A stretch of 57,202 nt of DNA, filler included, from Perkinsus olseni (Eukaryota): assembly GCA_013115125.1 (NCBI GenBank). It is 4 parts of 4 records of this genome, joined end to end, with 100 filler letters (N's around TTAATTAATTAA, not from the genome) between each part and the next. Parts side by side here need not be neighbours in the genome. Positions count along the whole stretch, not along the records: positions 14,456 to 28,685 come from JABANN010000734.1; positions 28,786 to 42,981 come from JABANN010000735.1; 2 more parts are not named here. One strand, 5' to 3'. Shown piece after piece: positions 23,265-36,072 of this stretch. A program made the position numbers and the translations under genes. Under the pieces are notes generated by a model. It saw nothing but the letters and a program-made list of their open reading frames with translations, was not told the origin of the DNA and ran no database searches. How positions within the stretch are numbered: the first letter of the stretch is position 1; every line of letters begins with the position of its first letter.

Positions 23265-23734
23265 CTTGTATAATACGCCTAAGAGCAGCTAACAATAGTG
23301 CTGGGGATACGGCAGTGCCCCTTACTCTCCTTCCCTGATACAGTAGGAGCTGGCTTGAGTAAGGTAGAGCCTCCCCCCGCAGTGCTCATTATGTATAATC
23401 TGATAGAAAAACTGGTAGAGAATAGGGCCCATTGGATGATGGACGTTAAAGAGGATGTTCACTTGAACTCAACGCCATCCAAAACTGTAGTGAAATCATC
23501 CATACATGACGATGACGATGATAAGATTGTTAGAGCACTAGTCAAGACGGTACCTACTTAGCGAGGATGCAGCCCCCGCAAGCGATAGCAAGAGTAGTGA
23601 AGAAATCTCTGATTGATTTCGATATACGTGATAGCTGTGTATCATGACAATAATGACGATAATGACAACATGATGCGGCAGGGACACATGATGGTGATGA
23701 TGAATACTGAGAGGATAAGGGTCGGCATAGCGGG

Positions 23735-26708
23735 TTAGTCATTGAGGAGGCTATGGCCTTGTCCGTAGGCAAAGTAGACTGCGGTCCCGATGGTCTAAAG
23801 AGAGAAGGGGCATAGAAGGAGTTGGGGAAGTGTTAGTAATACCAGCCATCCAGCAGTGAAGAGTATTGCTGTAACTCCCAATGATGCCATTAAATATGAG
23901 TTAATCCATACAGCCAATAGCGGTATATAAGGTATGAGAGGGCATAGGAACCCTGTACAACAATGCTCATGAAGATGATGATGATGATGATGATGAGGAG
24001 GGATGCAGGTAGTAGAAGAAGAGTATTATAATAGAGTCTATTCAGTGTTACTACTACCTTTGTACTGCCCATCACCCCAACGCTTCTTCTTCAACAAAGC
24101 CAAGTCGTATTCGCTAGCCACTGTGCTACGACTTTCGGATCCTGGAGTCTGTATTAGGGGACGGGTGAGCCTGATTGTTGGGCAGTACATAAATCTCAAG
24201 GATATGTAGAGTATGCTACTACTCGTCATCATCTTCAGAGACCACAGGCAGGGCGGCGGCGGCGGCCGTAGCGGTAAGCGAGGCAGTCGGTGATGGTGAG
24301 TATGCCTCTGCAACAGGTATTACGTTGGGTTTATGCGCTACAATGGATCTAGCACCCCGTCTATAGAAGAAGATGATGATAGAGTACGATAGTAAGTTGA
24401 GGAGGCCCATTGCAATGACGTAGGGGTGGTTCATGGTACCGAGAGATATGAGAACGTAATGGAATGCTATCGAGCATAGGACCTGTGGTAGCGATTCCAT
24501 CACTACTACCATCTTCTCACAACCTTACGAAGGCCATGAGGGATATCCGTAGATAGTACGCTGGTGATGGATGAGAGGTAGTAATGATACTACTACTACT
24601 CATAGTATCAACCCTGATGATGATAAGGCTGCAGCACACCAAGGTCAAGAGCATTAGGGAACCTGACGATCATGATAATAGAGCGAGGTAATATCAAACT
24701 GTGAAGTGGCAATGTAGTATTACTAAAGCTAACCATGCCAGCAAGGGAATCAAACTGTAGTATCCCCGACAATAGAGCCGCCATTATACCGCATACTACT
24801 GTACCAACTACTGGTATATCATTGGTATTGAGCCTTGCGAATGATCGGAATAATAGCCCATCCAATGACATACGATACCATATTCTGGGCTGACTAACTA
24901 TACCGGCCATCACACTAGGTACACCTAAGAAAAAGATAATGTTATAGCGGAAACTATGATGATGATGTTACAGACGGTTGTAGCCGCTAGCGATACAGCA
25001 ATATAACCCCAGAAATCATCGTGGTATCTGTCATTATCGGGTATGCAGGCATAATAAGAATGATGCTACTACAGGAATGCCGCCGCTAGTGGTGCTTCTA
25101 GATCGATATCATTGACTGGTAGTATGAAGGAGAATGATAATGATAGGCCACCATAGAGTAAAGCTACTATGCATAGTGTACCTTAATCATAGTATACAGG
25201 CTGCAAGGCTGAGATGATTACAGCTAGCTTGGTCATACCCATAATCCCTCTAGGGATGTCCCTCTTACTGTCCCTAACCTCCTCGCTCAATGTACATACA
25301 GCATCCCAACCGACACAAGAGAAGAATGCTAGACCAGATCCACGTAGTACCTATCAACAGTCGGTAGTAGTATAGGGGTAGTAAGCGCGATGCACCCTCG
25401 TACTTACCCCCGATATACCACCATCACCATTATAATCATTGGGCCAGGACTCAGTGAAGTTGGAGAGGTCACCAAACCTAGAGTACTGAATGGCTGTTGT
25501 GATGGTGGTCCTACTACCTAATGGCACCGTATATTGATATACCAATCAATACAGCACAGTTGATACAGGCCATGATATAGCTCAGAGAGGCAGACTCCTT
25601 AACACCAAATAGGGATACTATAGTACCTGATAATAGAGGCTGGGCTATAGCGATGGGAGTCGTTAAGATAACGTACACAAGGCACAGAGAATGGGGCCTA
25701 ATAAAGATATCGAGATGAGACCATCGTCGTTGCCAGAGCTGCTGCTGCTGCTGCTGCTGGCACCATAGAATATGGATGGAAGGTCGTAACCTAGAGCAGG
25801 ATGGACAGGCTTCGTGCAAGTACTGATAGGAAGGAGGACAGCAATGAGCAGGAATCCCGACAACGCTGTTACTCTAGTCCAGGATGATGATGATGATGAT
25901 GTGTATGGGGCTCCGCATGCTACTACTACTACTACCTGTTAGGGCATATATAAAGCTTTTGAGATATCCTCCCCAACCTCTAGCAATAGCTGCTGATGAA
26001 AAACAATATCTGATACGGTGAGGAGTAGCCGACCCTAGCGTCATCGGTCCTATTATTATTATTATTATGATGATGATGATTACGGAATAGTTGTCAACCA
26101 TCCACTGAGGAAGCCAATGAGCTCTCCCATGCATACGTATGTATACCTGTGGGTTGATGATATGGGCTATAGGGCTGCTACGAGCCCCATTACGTGTATA
26201 CTTGGCCTGCTGCTGGTATCTTAGCAGCAAGCTCAGCGAAACAGAATGCTGATAATAGTGATACTAGAACAGCCATGAGCATTGATATAAATAATCCAGA
26301 TCCACTATACCTGACATCATCATCATCATCATCATCATACCGGCAGTATTCTGATGGTAGTAGTAATAGTACTGTGCAGCGACTGATCCAACAACTACGA
26401 AGATGCCACTTCCAACTGTATTACTGATTCCAAAGGTTACCACCTGATGATGATACGCAGATGATGTGGTAATATCATGTCTACAACTACCTCTCCTAGA
26501 CCTAAACACTTCTTCAGGTGAGTATGCTCTTGTTCTTGTCCTTCTAGCTTTTTGTCGTAGTAATCATCATCACCATTAACCTGTTGGCAGTGAAGGTGCG
26601 GTATGATAGTAGTGCCTTCTGCTGTCTTACTTGTATTGCCTCAGCTAGTGGTAGCTTCCTCGTGATACTGGCACAAAGGTTAGCTGACCATTCACGTAGA
26701 GCAATCAT
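23735..26708 (-). CDS. Cationic amino acid transporter paralog, multi-exon
   Basis: SITRKLPLAEA, VTFGISNTVGSGIFVVVG, SSAAIARGWGGY, SQPRIWYRMSLDGLL, FLCPLIPYIPLLAVWINSYLM, end AVYFAYGQGHSLLND* at 23735. Confidence 0.85.
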
Positions 26709-27416
26709 GATAACAATGCCTGAGCCACATACATCCCCGATCAGACTAGCCAGAACCAAGTTCGAAGAGTTAAAATGTGATCTTGGTGTCCCGGGTTCGA
26801 TCCCCAGTAACGGTATCATCCCAACTCGACAGCCACACCGTGCACGCAAGAACAAAGCAGGTGGCGTGCGGGCGGTGTTGGTCGTTGCTACTTGGGTTGA
26901 GCCATTCCCATTTGGAGAGTCGGTGGTACGAGGATAACGCGTACTTCATGCTGATGCATCATCTACATTAGCTGGTCTAATAGCGGGAATTTATCCTCAC
27001 AAAGTCAGCAGGTGTTGGTGTTAGGTTTGCCTTCTTCTTCTTTTATAGTATACATCCACTACAGTGGTACCACTGTTGAATGCAGCGTTCTGACCCACCT
27101 ACTACAGTCCGCACTGACCGGGATAGTAGAGGGTCATCAACCATTAGTCATGCCCAGTGGTGGCGCTCCGCATCAACGACAACAACGAGTAGCAACACTC
27201 ATAGCAACAACAATCGTTATCGAGGTAGTAACGACAAGGTATATATATCTTCCAGCGAGGTGTATTGTCTCAGTACCAGTTAATGGCAGCAGCCTGGGGC
27301 CTCTAGGCTATCATAGTGATCATGTTGATACTGACACCTATGAGCTCACCACCACTTACACTGACGATCGGTTAAGATTCTTCGCATTCTCGGCTCTAGA
27401 AGAGTTGAGTGACACC

Positions 27417-28026
27417 ATGGGAGGTGGACATCACCAGCTACAACAACATGAGCTCAAGACGGCCCCACCAACGTCCTCCCGGACGACGATACCAAGTGTG
27501 GATCGTATAATCGGACATGGTAATACGGCAATGCTGTGGGAGATGAAGGCTGCTCCCTTGTTGTTACACCGCGATCGTACGGTAGAGGTACGGTGTAGTG
27601 AGGGATAGTTCCTTTATGACAGTCCCGAAAGATGACCATCGGCGTTGTCATTGTCCCAACCGACAGCAATCTGATAGCGAGGATGATGATGACGATGCGG
27701 CATCATCATCATCAGCCACTTCATCAACGTCAATATCATCATCTTCTCCGTCCTACTCGTGCTCATCCGTCGAAGCGAGTTATGAAGAGCGTCCAGCTGC
27801 TGAGGATGTACCTGGATGGAAGGATAAGCTATGTGCTCGATGGGATGTGGTACTAGTAGGGAGAGGGGGTATTATACGCTGTAGTAGTAGTATTAATCAG
27901 ATAACACTGATATTGGCAGTGATGTGCCCAGTAGTGCTGATCGTTGGTACTGTATGGTTGGTGTATGATGCTTGCTTAACGGGTCGAATGTCAACAGAGG
28001 TCGGGTCGAACGTCAACACACGCTAA
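27417..28026 (+). CDS. Possible small hypothetical protein with acidic/Ser-rich region and C-terminal TM segment
   Basis: Overlapping ORFs ending ITLILAVMCPVVLIVGTVWLVY..NTR*. No family recognised; exon structure unresolved. Confidence 0.3.
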
Positions 28027-28141
28027 AACTGTTGTTTCACTATTCTCGGAAGCGGGCCTCCGGCCCGCCATCATCCGGCAACTGTTCTGCACCTCTAAAG
28101 CTTTAAGTTCAGTTCGGCGCGAAAAAAAAATTCAGGAGAAA

Positions 28142-28221
28142 TGCTCTCACCGGGGATCGAACCAGGGTCACAAAGCGTGCGAGTTACTCGTGCACCATCC
28201 GGTAGCCGACACCGCCCGAGC
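28142..28221 (-). pseudogene. Degenerate tRNA-like sequence
   Basis: Minus strand has T-arm/B-box CCTGGTTCGATCCCCGG and acceptor-like TGAGAGCA, followed by a T9 run; D and anticodon arms do not fold. Confidence 0.35.
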
Positions 28222-28685
28222 CGGCCTACAGGCGCTTATGGGCTTTCTTCACATGGTGGGACACTCTCGCCACATCGATTGCGCCGCGTAAAAATGCCCG
28301 GCAAGTGTTCCTGGCAGGAACTTCCTGCGGCAGGAATCCTGCCGAGGATCGAGCCTGCGCCCGACTGATATCGGATGCGGTGCGCTATGCAGCACACTCC
28401 GACCACGTGGCAGCTTCCCTGGCAAAGTGCCGATGCCAGCTCACCCAAACTTTTTGAACCCATTGTCTCGGGCGCGTGTATCACAAACTTTAGGCCTATC
28501 TCATGTTCCATTACCCGGTAATGATTACCGCTAAGCTGGCTGCCAAGCTGTGTTGCCGTGCTATACCGTGCCATGTTCTACCGTTCTACGTGCCCGGCTG
28601 TGTCCTCCGCACTACACCATTTCCAGACCTACTTAGTAAAAACCCAGAGCAATTAAATAAAGCCCAGACCAAATTAGTAAAACCC

Positions 28686-28785
28686 NNNNNNNNNNNNNNN
28701 NNNNNNNNNNNNNNNNNNNNNNNNNNNNNTTAATTAATTAANNNNNNNNNNNNNNNNNNNNNNNNNNNNNNNNNNNNNNNNNNNN
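28686..28785. other. Artificial scaffold linker
   Basis: N44-TTAATTAATTAA-N44. Confidence 0.98.
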
Positions 28786-28963
28786 CACGCATGCGCATAC
28801 CACACTGCACGCATATACAAGGCAGAACTTGGCAGTCTGTGCGCATCAATCCTCAATAGATCAACAAACATGTGAAAATAATAATAACCAAAACACCAGA
28901 AGCGCGACAGAAGGGCATTTTGCCACGGGCTGGAACGCTCCGCCTCAGCGCCCGTACATAGAC

Positions 28964-29959
28964 TCACACGACGATAACAACTTTACCGCGAATGCGACGG
29001 CCCCTAATGGCCTTCACAGCTGTGCCGATGCCTTCATCAGTAAGAGGCAGCTCTTGAATATCGACCTTCAGCTTGCCAGCTGTGACCAGAGACGTGAGCT
29101 CAACGAGCTCCTCGGTATTCACTTGAACGAGGGCCACGGAGTAGTTAGGTCTTTGAACGGGAAAGGGTACACGAGGTTCGATGAAGTACGCCAGCCAGTC
29201 ATCAGGCTCCGAGCCATTGACGCCGATGTACATCCCCTCCTTGGTGAGAGTCTGCCGAGCAGTGGGCTCATAGTTTGTTTCCCCTGGGGCTACCACACAG
29301 TCATAGACCATATCAACGGTACCAGCTGGGCACTGGTCGTTGGGGAGCTGGAAGCCGTCCTTAGTGTAATCGAGGACCACATCGGCACCGAGGGACTTAA
29401 CGTAATCAGCGTTCCTTCCGCTACAGACGGCATAGACCTTCGCACCGTGGGCCTTGGCGATCTGTACGGCACTCGCTCCGGTACCACCGCTGGCACCAAT
29501 GATGAGGACACTCTTACCAGGAGCCAAAACGCCACCTTGCTTCAGGGCCTGTAGACTAACCAGGGTGGCTATCGGCAAGGAGGCGGCGACGACGGGTGAC
29601 ATGCCCTTCGGAATACGGGCAATACGAGACACATCAGCCACGGTATACTCACAGAAGGAGCCTTGGCGAGCTACGCCGTAGACCAGATCACCCTTCTTGT
29701 ATTCACCGGAACCGATGGTTACTTCTCCTGCAAAATCGAAACCGGCGGCCCGCCCTTTGGCGGTCTTCCCAACGATCGGAATATTGGGAAACTTTACATC
29801 AACGGGGTTGACCCCAGCGGCGATGACTTTAACTTGGACCTGGCCTGCCGAGGGCTTCGGAATGGACAAGGCGCTCTTAGAAGGGACTATGCTGCCGTCG
29901 TCAGGACTGTAAACGAAAGCCTTCATTCTAGAAGAAAAAACTGAGGGTTGGGGAGCCAT
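28964..29959 (-). CDS. Zinc-independent MDR / NADPH:quinone oxidoreductase-like (copy 1)
   Basis: VQVKVIAAGVNPVD, GFDFAG, GASGGTG, RIRGKVVI; no Zn-ligand GHE motif. May start at MKAFVY (29926). Confidence 0.92.
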   Translation of the reverse strand: MAPQPSVFSSRMKAFVYSPDDGSIVPSKSALSIPKPSAGQVQVKVIAAGVNPVDVKFPNIPIVGKTAKGRAAGFDFAGEVTIGSGEYKKGDLVYGVARQGSFCEYTVADVSRIARIPKGMSPVVAASLPIATLVSLQALKQGGVLAPGKSVLIIGASGGTGASAVQIAKAHGAKVYAVCSGRNADYVKSLGADVVLDYTKDGFQLPNDQCPAGTVDMVYDCVVAPGETNYEPTARQTLTKEGMYIGVNGSEPDDWLAYFIEPRVPFPVQRPNYSVALVQVNTEELVELTSLVTAGKLKVDIQELPLTDEGIGTAVKAIRGRRIRGKVVIVV

Positions 29960-31709
29960 GTGGGGCTAGCGGTCGTACTTCTTCGTGAGCGCCGTCGTGC
30001 GAATGGGCAGTAGAATTGGCTGCCAGAATTGGCTTGAAAGAGCAGTAGTAGCAGCGATGATAAGCCGCTGAGAGTCCACCGCGACGGCTCAGCTTTCGGC
30101 TGTGGGTAGCACGCATGTGCAAGAGGAACGCGCCATCACCACCCACCCGAATGGCGGACATTCATCCTTAACGGTAGCACTAAACCGGCCGTTTCCTGAG
30201 TATGAGCTCGATAGAGCATCACTGCTCTCCGTCATTAACCTTCCTCATGCGGCAATGTATGCAGAGAGGACTCACCGTCCCCACCGAAAGCATCTTTGCA
30301 GCTCCATTGCAGGAGACAATGACATGAAACAAGTGCGCCAGGGGAAGGGAACTCTACGGGTTCGTGTTTAGGCAGTTTGAGCACTGTGATCTTCTACCAC
30401 TGTTCAAGTCTGATTGAGGCAATCAGGTTCGTGGGTGAGGGAACTGACCAGTTATACAAGAGACGTAGAGAAGCCTCGGGAGGTTTGCAGAACCCCCTGG
30501 TCGCGGGGACAAACTTTCGTACTAGCGTGCCCTGGCTCTGGCATCCACGACTGTCTTCAGGGGCAGATACCGGCGGTATCACACCGCCATCGGTGTGTTT
30601 GAGCTTATAGTCCAACGCTGGTCCCGACTTAGTTAAACTCGGATTGCCGCAGCTCCCCCAAGCGGGTCAGTTCATGCGGACCGGCCAGTCGAGTGCTGAG
30701 TTGTGTTGTTCATGCAACAGTATGCGGCTATGATGATCCGTAAAGTGCCTTCGGGAGCACTTGCTGATGTACTTGAGCATCACTGCACTGTGGAATCGGC
30801 TAGCCAGTTCGATTCACAGCACAGAAGAAGCTTTCCCTATAGATCGTGCTTTACATGGTACAACAATCGCCACGTCTCTCAGTACAGGACGGACCGATTC
30901 GAAGTAGGAGCGAACTTCACTCCCCGTACCGTTGAGTAGCTGCTAACCAGCTGCAATGGTGACGGCCTTCTGTCCCGAGTCGGGAATCCCGACGGAGACT
31001 TCGGGAGCACCATCGGGGCCTGCCACAGTCTGAGCGTTCACCGTCTCCCAAATCCTCATCTCAGAACTAGGCGGTCATGCTCTACGTCATACTATTGGTA
31101 ATCGTGTCATGACGTGTTTAACGCTTACCGAAAGGGCCCGAGGATCATCGAGATGGCACTTGATGGAACGATCGAAGAAAAATACGATTCTTCTCACCAC
31201 GCGGTTGAAAATGTAACGCCTCCATGAATCGAACCTGGGACCTTCTGGAGTGTGATCGTGGATCCATCCGTTCCACCATATTGCATAAAATTTGCGGCGA
31301 TGAATCGCTGATCAGCAGCATTGGGTCTCGACAGCGATCTCCCATCTTTCCACTGGATTGCTACCACTTCGAGGCGGAACGCTACAGTAGAGGCCCACTG
31401 CCACAGCGCTCTGCATCGGGCGCCACTCAGCCCCCCGCGTAAACGTGAGTTGAACAAATAGCGAATATCGGCGATCGAAATTGGACCATCGTATTCCTCC
31501 GAAAAACCGGTTGAAGCTTCCTCGAGGATCTAAATTTTTATGTACAGGGGCCCTTGAAGGAATGGGTTCTGACGCTGCTTACAAGCCCTCAGGGAAGGCC
31601 TCGATCGCGGGGGGCATTCGAGACTGAGGAGAGGATACAGCAGTCTGAGGATGCCCCTCGAGAACGTCGATGAAGCATCCAGGTGTCCTTTTCTTGCCCT
31701 TGCTCTGCT

Positions 31710-32888
31710 ATGCCCTCAACAACTCCCGTGACCGACGCCCAACTGCCCCCTGCAGAACTCCGATCCAATGCTGTCCTCGAGTCTCTCGAGAAGCCCCCTT
31801 TTCGCCTCATACTAGTGGACCTGACTGACAAGGTGAGGGCCTTCACTCAACCGCATTTGAAGTGTAAAAGTTTATTCTGAGTTCCCAACGGGCCTGACGC
31901 TCAGGATCGGCCCCGTCGTTGATGTTGTTTCTCTCTGCTCAGAACATCGCCCAAGTGAAGCTGCTGAATCAATTGACGTTCCCGGTGCGCTACGGCGAGC
32001 ACTTTTACGAGGGCCTCCTCAAGTTCAAGGACAACGGCGGCTTTGTTAAACTCGCATACATGTGCGACGTTTTGGTCGGCTCTATCGGATGCCGAACGAT
32101 GGCGGTTGACCCTAAGGACCCTTCACAAGGCATGAAAATGTAATAGAGGGTCTGATGGTGGTGAAAGCAATCATCTGCTGGTAGTAATTATCGGTTATCC
32201 TCTCGCTGTTCTCTTGCATGCAGCAACAAGAGTAGTATCGGTGATTGAATTTGAGAGTTTTATCAGTTCTCTTTGTTGTCGGTGACACCAACTTCGTGCT
32301 CTCGTCATTGTTGTTATTATTGCCCGCGCTGTCTCTGTTGTCGTAGATGGATGCTTCGCCCAGACCTCACCAACAGGTACATCATGACCCTCTCGGTTTT
32401 ACCAATGTTCCGTCGGTGTCGAGTAGCCACTACTCTCCTCAATGCCCTCCAAGAGGATCTCGAGAAGAGGACGGAGGCCCTACGCTTGGAGCGCGAGGCT
32501 AAGGCACGATCAGCCAGCCATCATCATGGACAGCACCGTACTGAGGAAACGGGCCTCGCCGGTCAGGTTGTGAAGATCTCTCTCGACGTCCAGGTAGCCC
32601 GGGCTCGATTCTGAGGCAGGTCGGTCGCTCATCACGTAAATAAGTGATGGGCGCTAAGGCTAACTTACGCAACACTGAGCAACCTAGAACGTAGTTTGTG
32701 TTTTTGCTGCCAGGAATCTTTGCGGTTGGATTCCCTACCATTCCCCTTGTCAGATAAACAACGCTTCAGCGATATCGTTTTACGAAAAGCACGGTTTTGA
32801 GAAGGTGGCCGAGGTCCCGGGCTACTACCCTGACCTTGACCCCAAGGGCGCTTACACGATGGAGAAGCAGTTGCCTGTTGTCGAGTGA
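31710..32888 (+). CDS. NAA50: N-alpha-acetyltransferase 50-like GNAT, 4 exons
   Basis: DLTDK|NIAQVKLLNQLTFPVRYGEHFY..LAYMCDVLVGSIGCR..|YIMTLSVLPMFRRCRVATTLL..ISLDVQ|INNASAISFYEKHGFEKVAEVPGYY..PVVE*. Confidence 0.8.
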
Positions 32889-33006
32889 TTTCATCATCTT
32901 CACCTACTAGGCTTCTTGCGAGAGCTCATGCGTTGTGTGAGTTGATCGGAAATTGCGGTAATTGTTGATGAAACAGATCGCCTTGCTTTTCTTGAGAAGT
33001 TCGAAG

Positions 33007-33880
33007 ATGCTCACCAGAGTCGCTGGTCAAGGCCGGCCGTTGGTTCTCCGATTACCCGTACGGAGGTTCACGACGGTCGGGCAGTTGCAAGCAGCGGGCA
33101 TCGTTAAGAATCCGGAGAAGGAGAGGGAATTCGCGAGGCTTAGAGAGGGGGAAGAGAGGATCGACCGTGAGGAGGCTAAGCGGGAGAGTCTCTGGATGAG
33201 GGCTGTGGGCGGCAATGCTGGCGTCACGCGCCAGGAAATGTAGTACGGGTCATGGGGTGAGATCACTCTTAGCGGTGCTTGATGCCTGGTACTTTGCCAA
33301 ATGGCGAGGGGGGAAAGTTGTCGGTTGTGATTACTAAGGACACTTCTACAGCCCAGAAACTGGAGGGGTTTTATGGTTTTGGTTTTGTTGTGGCAGAATT
33401 ATGAACGTAGAACACGCTTTGGTCGTGTTGAGGGTATGAGAAAGTTACTAGCGGCTAGAAGGGGAAGAAATCTTCCTGCTTTACTTCCTTCACGAATTGT
33501 GAATCAAAAGCTTCGTCTTCGGGTAGCGGATAGCGTCTGTGCTTTGCGCTATGTAGCTCACTGATGCCGACATTTCCCCATTAATTACTTGCCAAGGCTG
33601 AGCTGCTTGGGGCTTTACGAACTGCATTACCATCTGCACTCCTGCTTAGCGGAGCCTTCCCTGCTCGACTTCCTAGTCTGTCTAATGCAACTCGGAGATG
33701 CCTTGTGAGAGGATGTTGAATGCCAGGTACCTGGACTACGTCAACTCGGTGAAGTCTCTGCGGGCCCTCCTGGACTGCTACGACATAGCGGTGCCAGTGG
33801 AGCAAGAGATGGATCTGAAGAAGTCCGCTGCGAGTGTTGGTCTGTCCCTTCCTCAAGTTGATGATGACACACAACAATGA
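33007..33880 (+). CDS. Hypothetical protein with mitochondrial-presequence-like N-terminus
   Basis: MLTRVAGQGRPLVLRLPVRRFTT.. plus a probable last exon ..YVNSVKSLRALLDCYDI..DDDTQQ*; exon joins unresolved. Confidence 0.4.
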
Positions 33881-34117
33881 GTTTCTGGCCGAATCGGGTT
33901 GTGTCTGGTGGCATCGTCAGTGCCGATTTTTTCGAAATCTCGGGCCCTGGGCAAATCGAGCATGCAGGCCCCCCGTCGGGCTGGGGCTGTCCCACCTCGG
34001 GCCCTTCCCGAGTGGGAGTCCTTTCGAGGCCCCTGGGCAAGTGCCCTATTCGCCCACCCCTGAGCACGGCATGGGGTATCGTGAGTCCTATGTGCAGCAT
34101 AAACATCCTTTGTCACT

Positions 34118-35098
34118 ATGAAAGCCTTCACCTACAGCGACAAGGCAGGCGATATGGCCTGGCACGAGGGTGATGTTAAGATCCCGAAGCCTGGGCGATC
34201 GCAGGTCCAGGTGAAAGTGATGGCGGTTGGTATGAACCCGTTGGACTACAAGCTGCCTACCATGGTGCCCTTTAGCTCCTACCTGCTCAGGGGTCGTCCG
34301 GTAGGCTTTGATTTCTCGGGTAAGGTGACCGTCCCCAATGGTGATTTCAAGGAGGGGGATATCGTCTATGGGGTGACTTTCAAAGGGGCTTTGGCTGAGT
34401 ACACAACTGCCGACACCAGCCGAATCGCTAAGGTGCCTGAGGGCATGGACCATACGACTGCTGCTGGTCTGCCAACGGCGAGCACTACCGCCCTTGCCGC
34501 GCTTCGTAAAGGGAAGATTAGCGAGTCCACGAGGAATGTGCTGATCATCGGCGCCAGTGGTGGCGTTGGCTGTATGGGTGTGCAGATCGCTAAGAGCCTT
34601 GGGGCGAAGGTCTGGGGCGTTTGCAGTGGCAAGAACGAGGAATTTGTTAAGTCGCTGGGGGCTGATGAGATCCTGGACTACACTAAGAGTGGCTTCGCCT
34701 TCCCCAACAAGCAGTGCCCGACGGACAGCATTGACGTGGTCTTCGACACGGTTTCGAGCCCCGAGGACCTGAACTACGAGCCTTTGGCGAGGAAGTCGCT
34801 GAGGCAAGGTGGGAAGTACATCACGACCAACTCCCCTAGCAAGCTAGACTTGGCCAGGGCGATTCTGTCGAGCTTCATGCCGTTCAATCTGCAGAGGTCG
34901 GGCTACTTTATGGTCACCTCCGACGCCCGTACGCAGGACTTGGACACTCTCGCGGGTATGGTGATGAATGGCGAGCTGAAGGTGCCCCTGCAGGAAGTGC
35001 TGCCCTTTACTGAGGAGGGTTGCAGGAAAGCCTTTGACTTGCTCAAGAGTCGTCGTGTCAAGGGGAAGGTGGTGATCGATATGGAACAGAAGTTGTGA
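34118..35098 (+). CDS. Zinc-independent MDR oxidoreductase (copy 2)
   Basis: 326 aa; NPLDYK, GFDFSG, GASGGVG, RRVKGKVVI. Confidence 0.93.
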   Translation: MKAFTYSDKAGDMAWHEGDVKIPKPGRSQVQVKVMAVGMNPLDYKLPTMVPFSSYLLRGRPVGFDFSGKVTVPNGDFKEGDIVYGVTFKGALAEYTTADTSRIAKVPEGMDHTTAAGLPTASTTALAALRKGKISESTRNVLIIGASGGVGCMGVQIAKSLGAKVWGVCSGKNEEFVKSLGADEILDYTKSGFAFPNKQCPTDSIDVVFDTVSSPEDLNYEPLARKSLRQGGKYITTNSPSKLDLARAILSSFMPFNLQRSGYFMVTSDARTQDLDTLAGMVMNGELKVPLQEVLPFTEEGCRKAFDLLKSRRVKGKVVIDMEQKL

Positions 35099-36072
35099 GA
35101 AATGTGGTATGGCCTGCTCGTACCATCTGGGTCGGATTATTTATTATTTAATATTATGATGGTGATAAGACAATAGATTTTCTTGAGTATCTTGGTGTTG
35201 TGGTAAGTGTTGACAATTTTCGGCTAGAGGTCGATGACATAAAGATACCAAGTCTTTGGTTCTTTCAGGAAGGGTCTTGGGTCGGAAAAGTGGGTAGAGT
35301 CTGACCAAGTACGACTCCGATATTAGAGGTCAGCCTTCGTGGCTCGCCGTCGCTTAGGGTAGTCCTGTCCCTCAGTCTGTAGAGCTTCCCACTGTTTAGA
35401 GTTACCGAGATTGTAGACGGAGTCTCTTATCCTGCATTAACTGTGTGAAAGTAGCATAAATATTTTGGCGATGCATACCGGCTTGGTGACCGCTGCTGTT
35501 GTCGTGTTGGCTGTGCGAGTTCAGTTTCCTTGCTTTATAGTACCATAAGGCTGCGCCTCTTCACTGGGCGTTGGATGGTATCTTAGGTCGACTCGTGGGC
35601 AACCCAGGGAGACAGATTTTTGTGTCGTACTTGTGGTGGCGGCTGTTCCTGCCGGATTCGTTGTCGAGCTATTCTATCAGGAGCTTGCTACAGTAGGCGT
35701 GTAATAGACTGATTCTCAAACTCAAAATTGATCATGACAAACACGCAGGGTCTCGAGACAGAGTCTCCGGTGGCTCTGCGATAAGGAGAGCCCTGGCGTG
35801 GGCACGCGCGCATAAGCACTTTCGGTGGTCTGGACCGTCCCGTTGGAAGCTCGGGTCGCGGTTCGGGGATAGTAGGACCCGTCTGTCTAGGCGACCGGCT
35901 GGTCCCAGCGTTGTCTAGCGGTTTAAAGGTGTCCTCGGCGAGGATTTTACGGATAAAAATCGATTTTGAGTCTCATAGCTAGCCTACTGCAAGAGTGAAT
36001 AATCGTTCGACACTCGCCAGCAGCATTGGAGTGCCAGGATTTGTTATTGTTGTTGTGAACTCTATCTCATAC

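Noticed and set aside
28829-29554. Long antisense ORFs over MDR genes (also 34088-34807 and 42081-42908)
   Set aside because: Shadow frames of real genes on the opposite strand.
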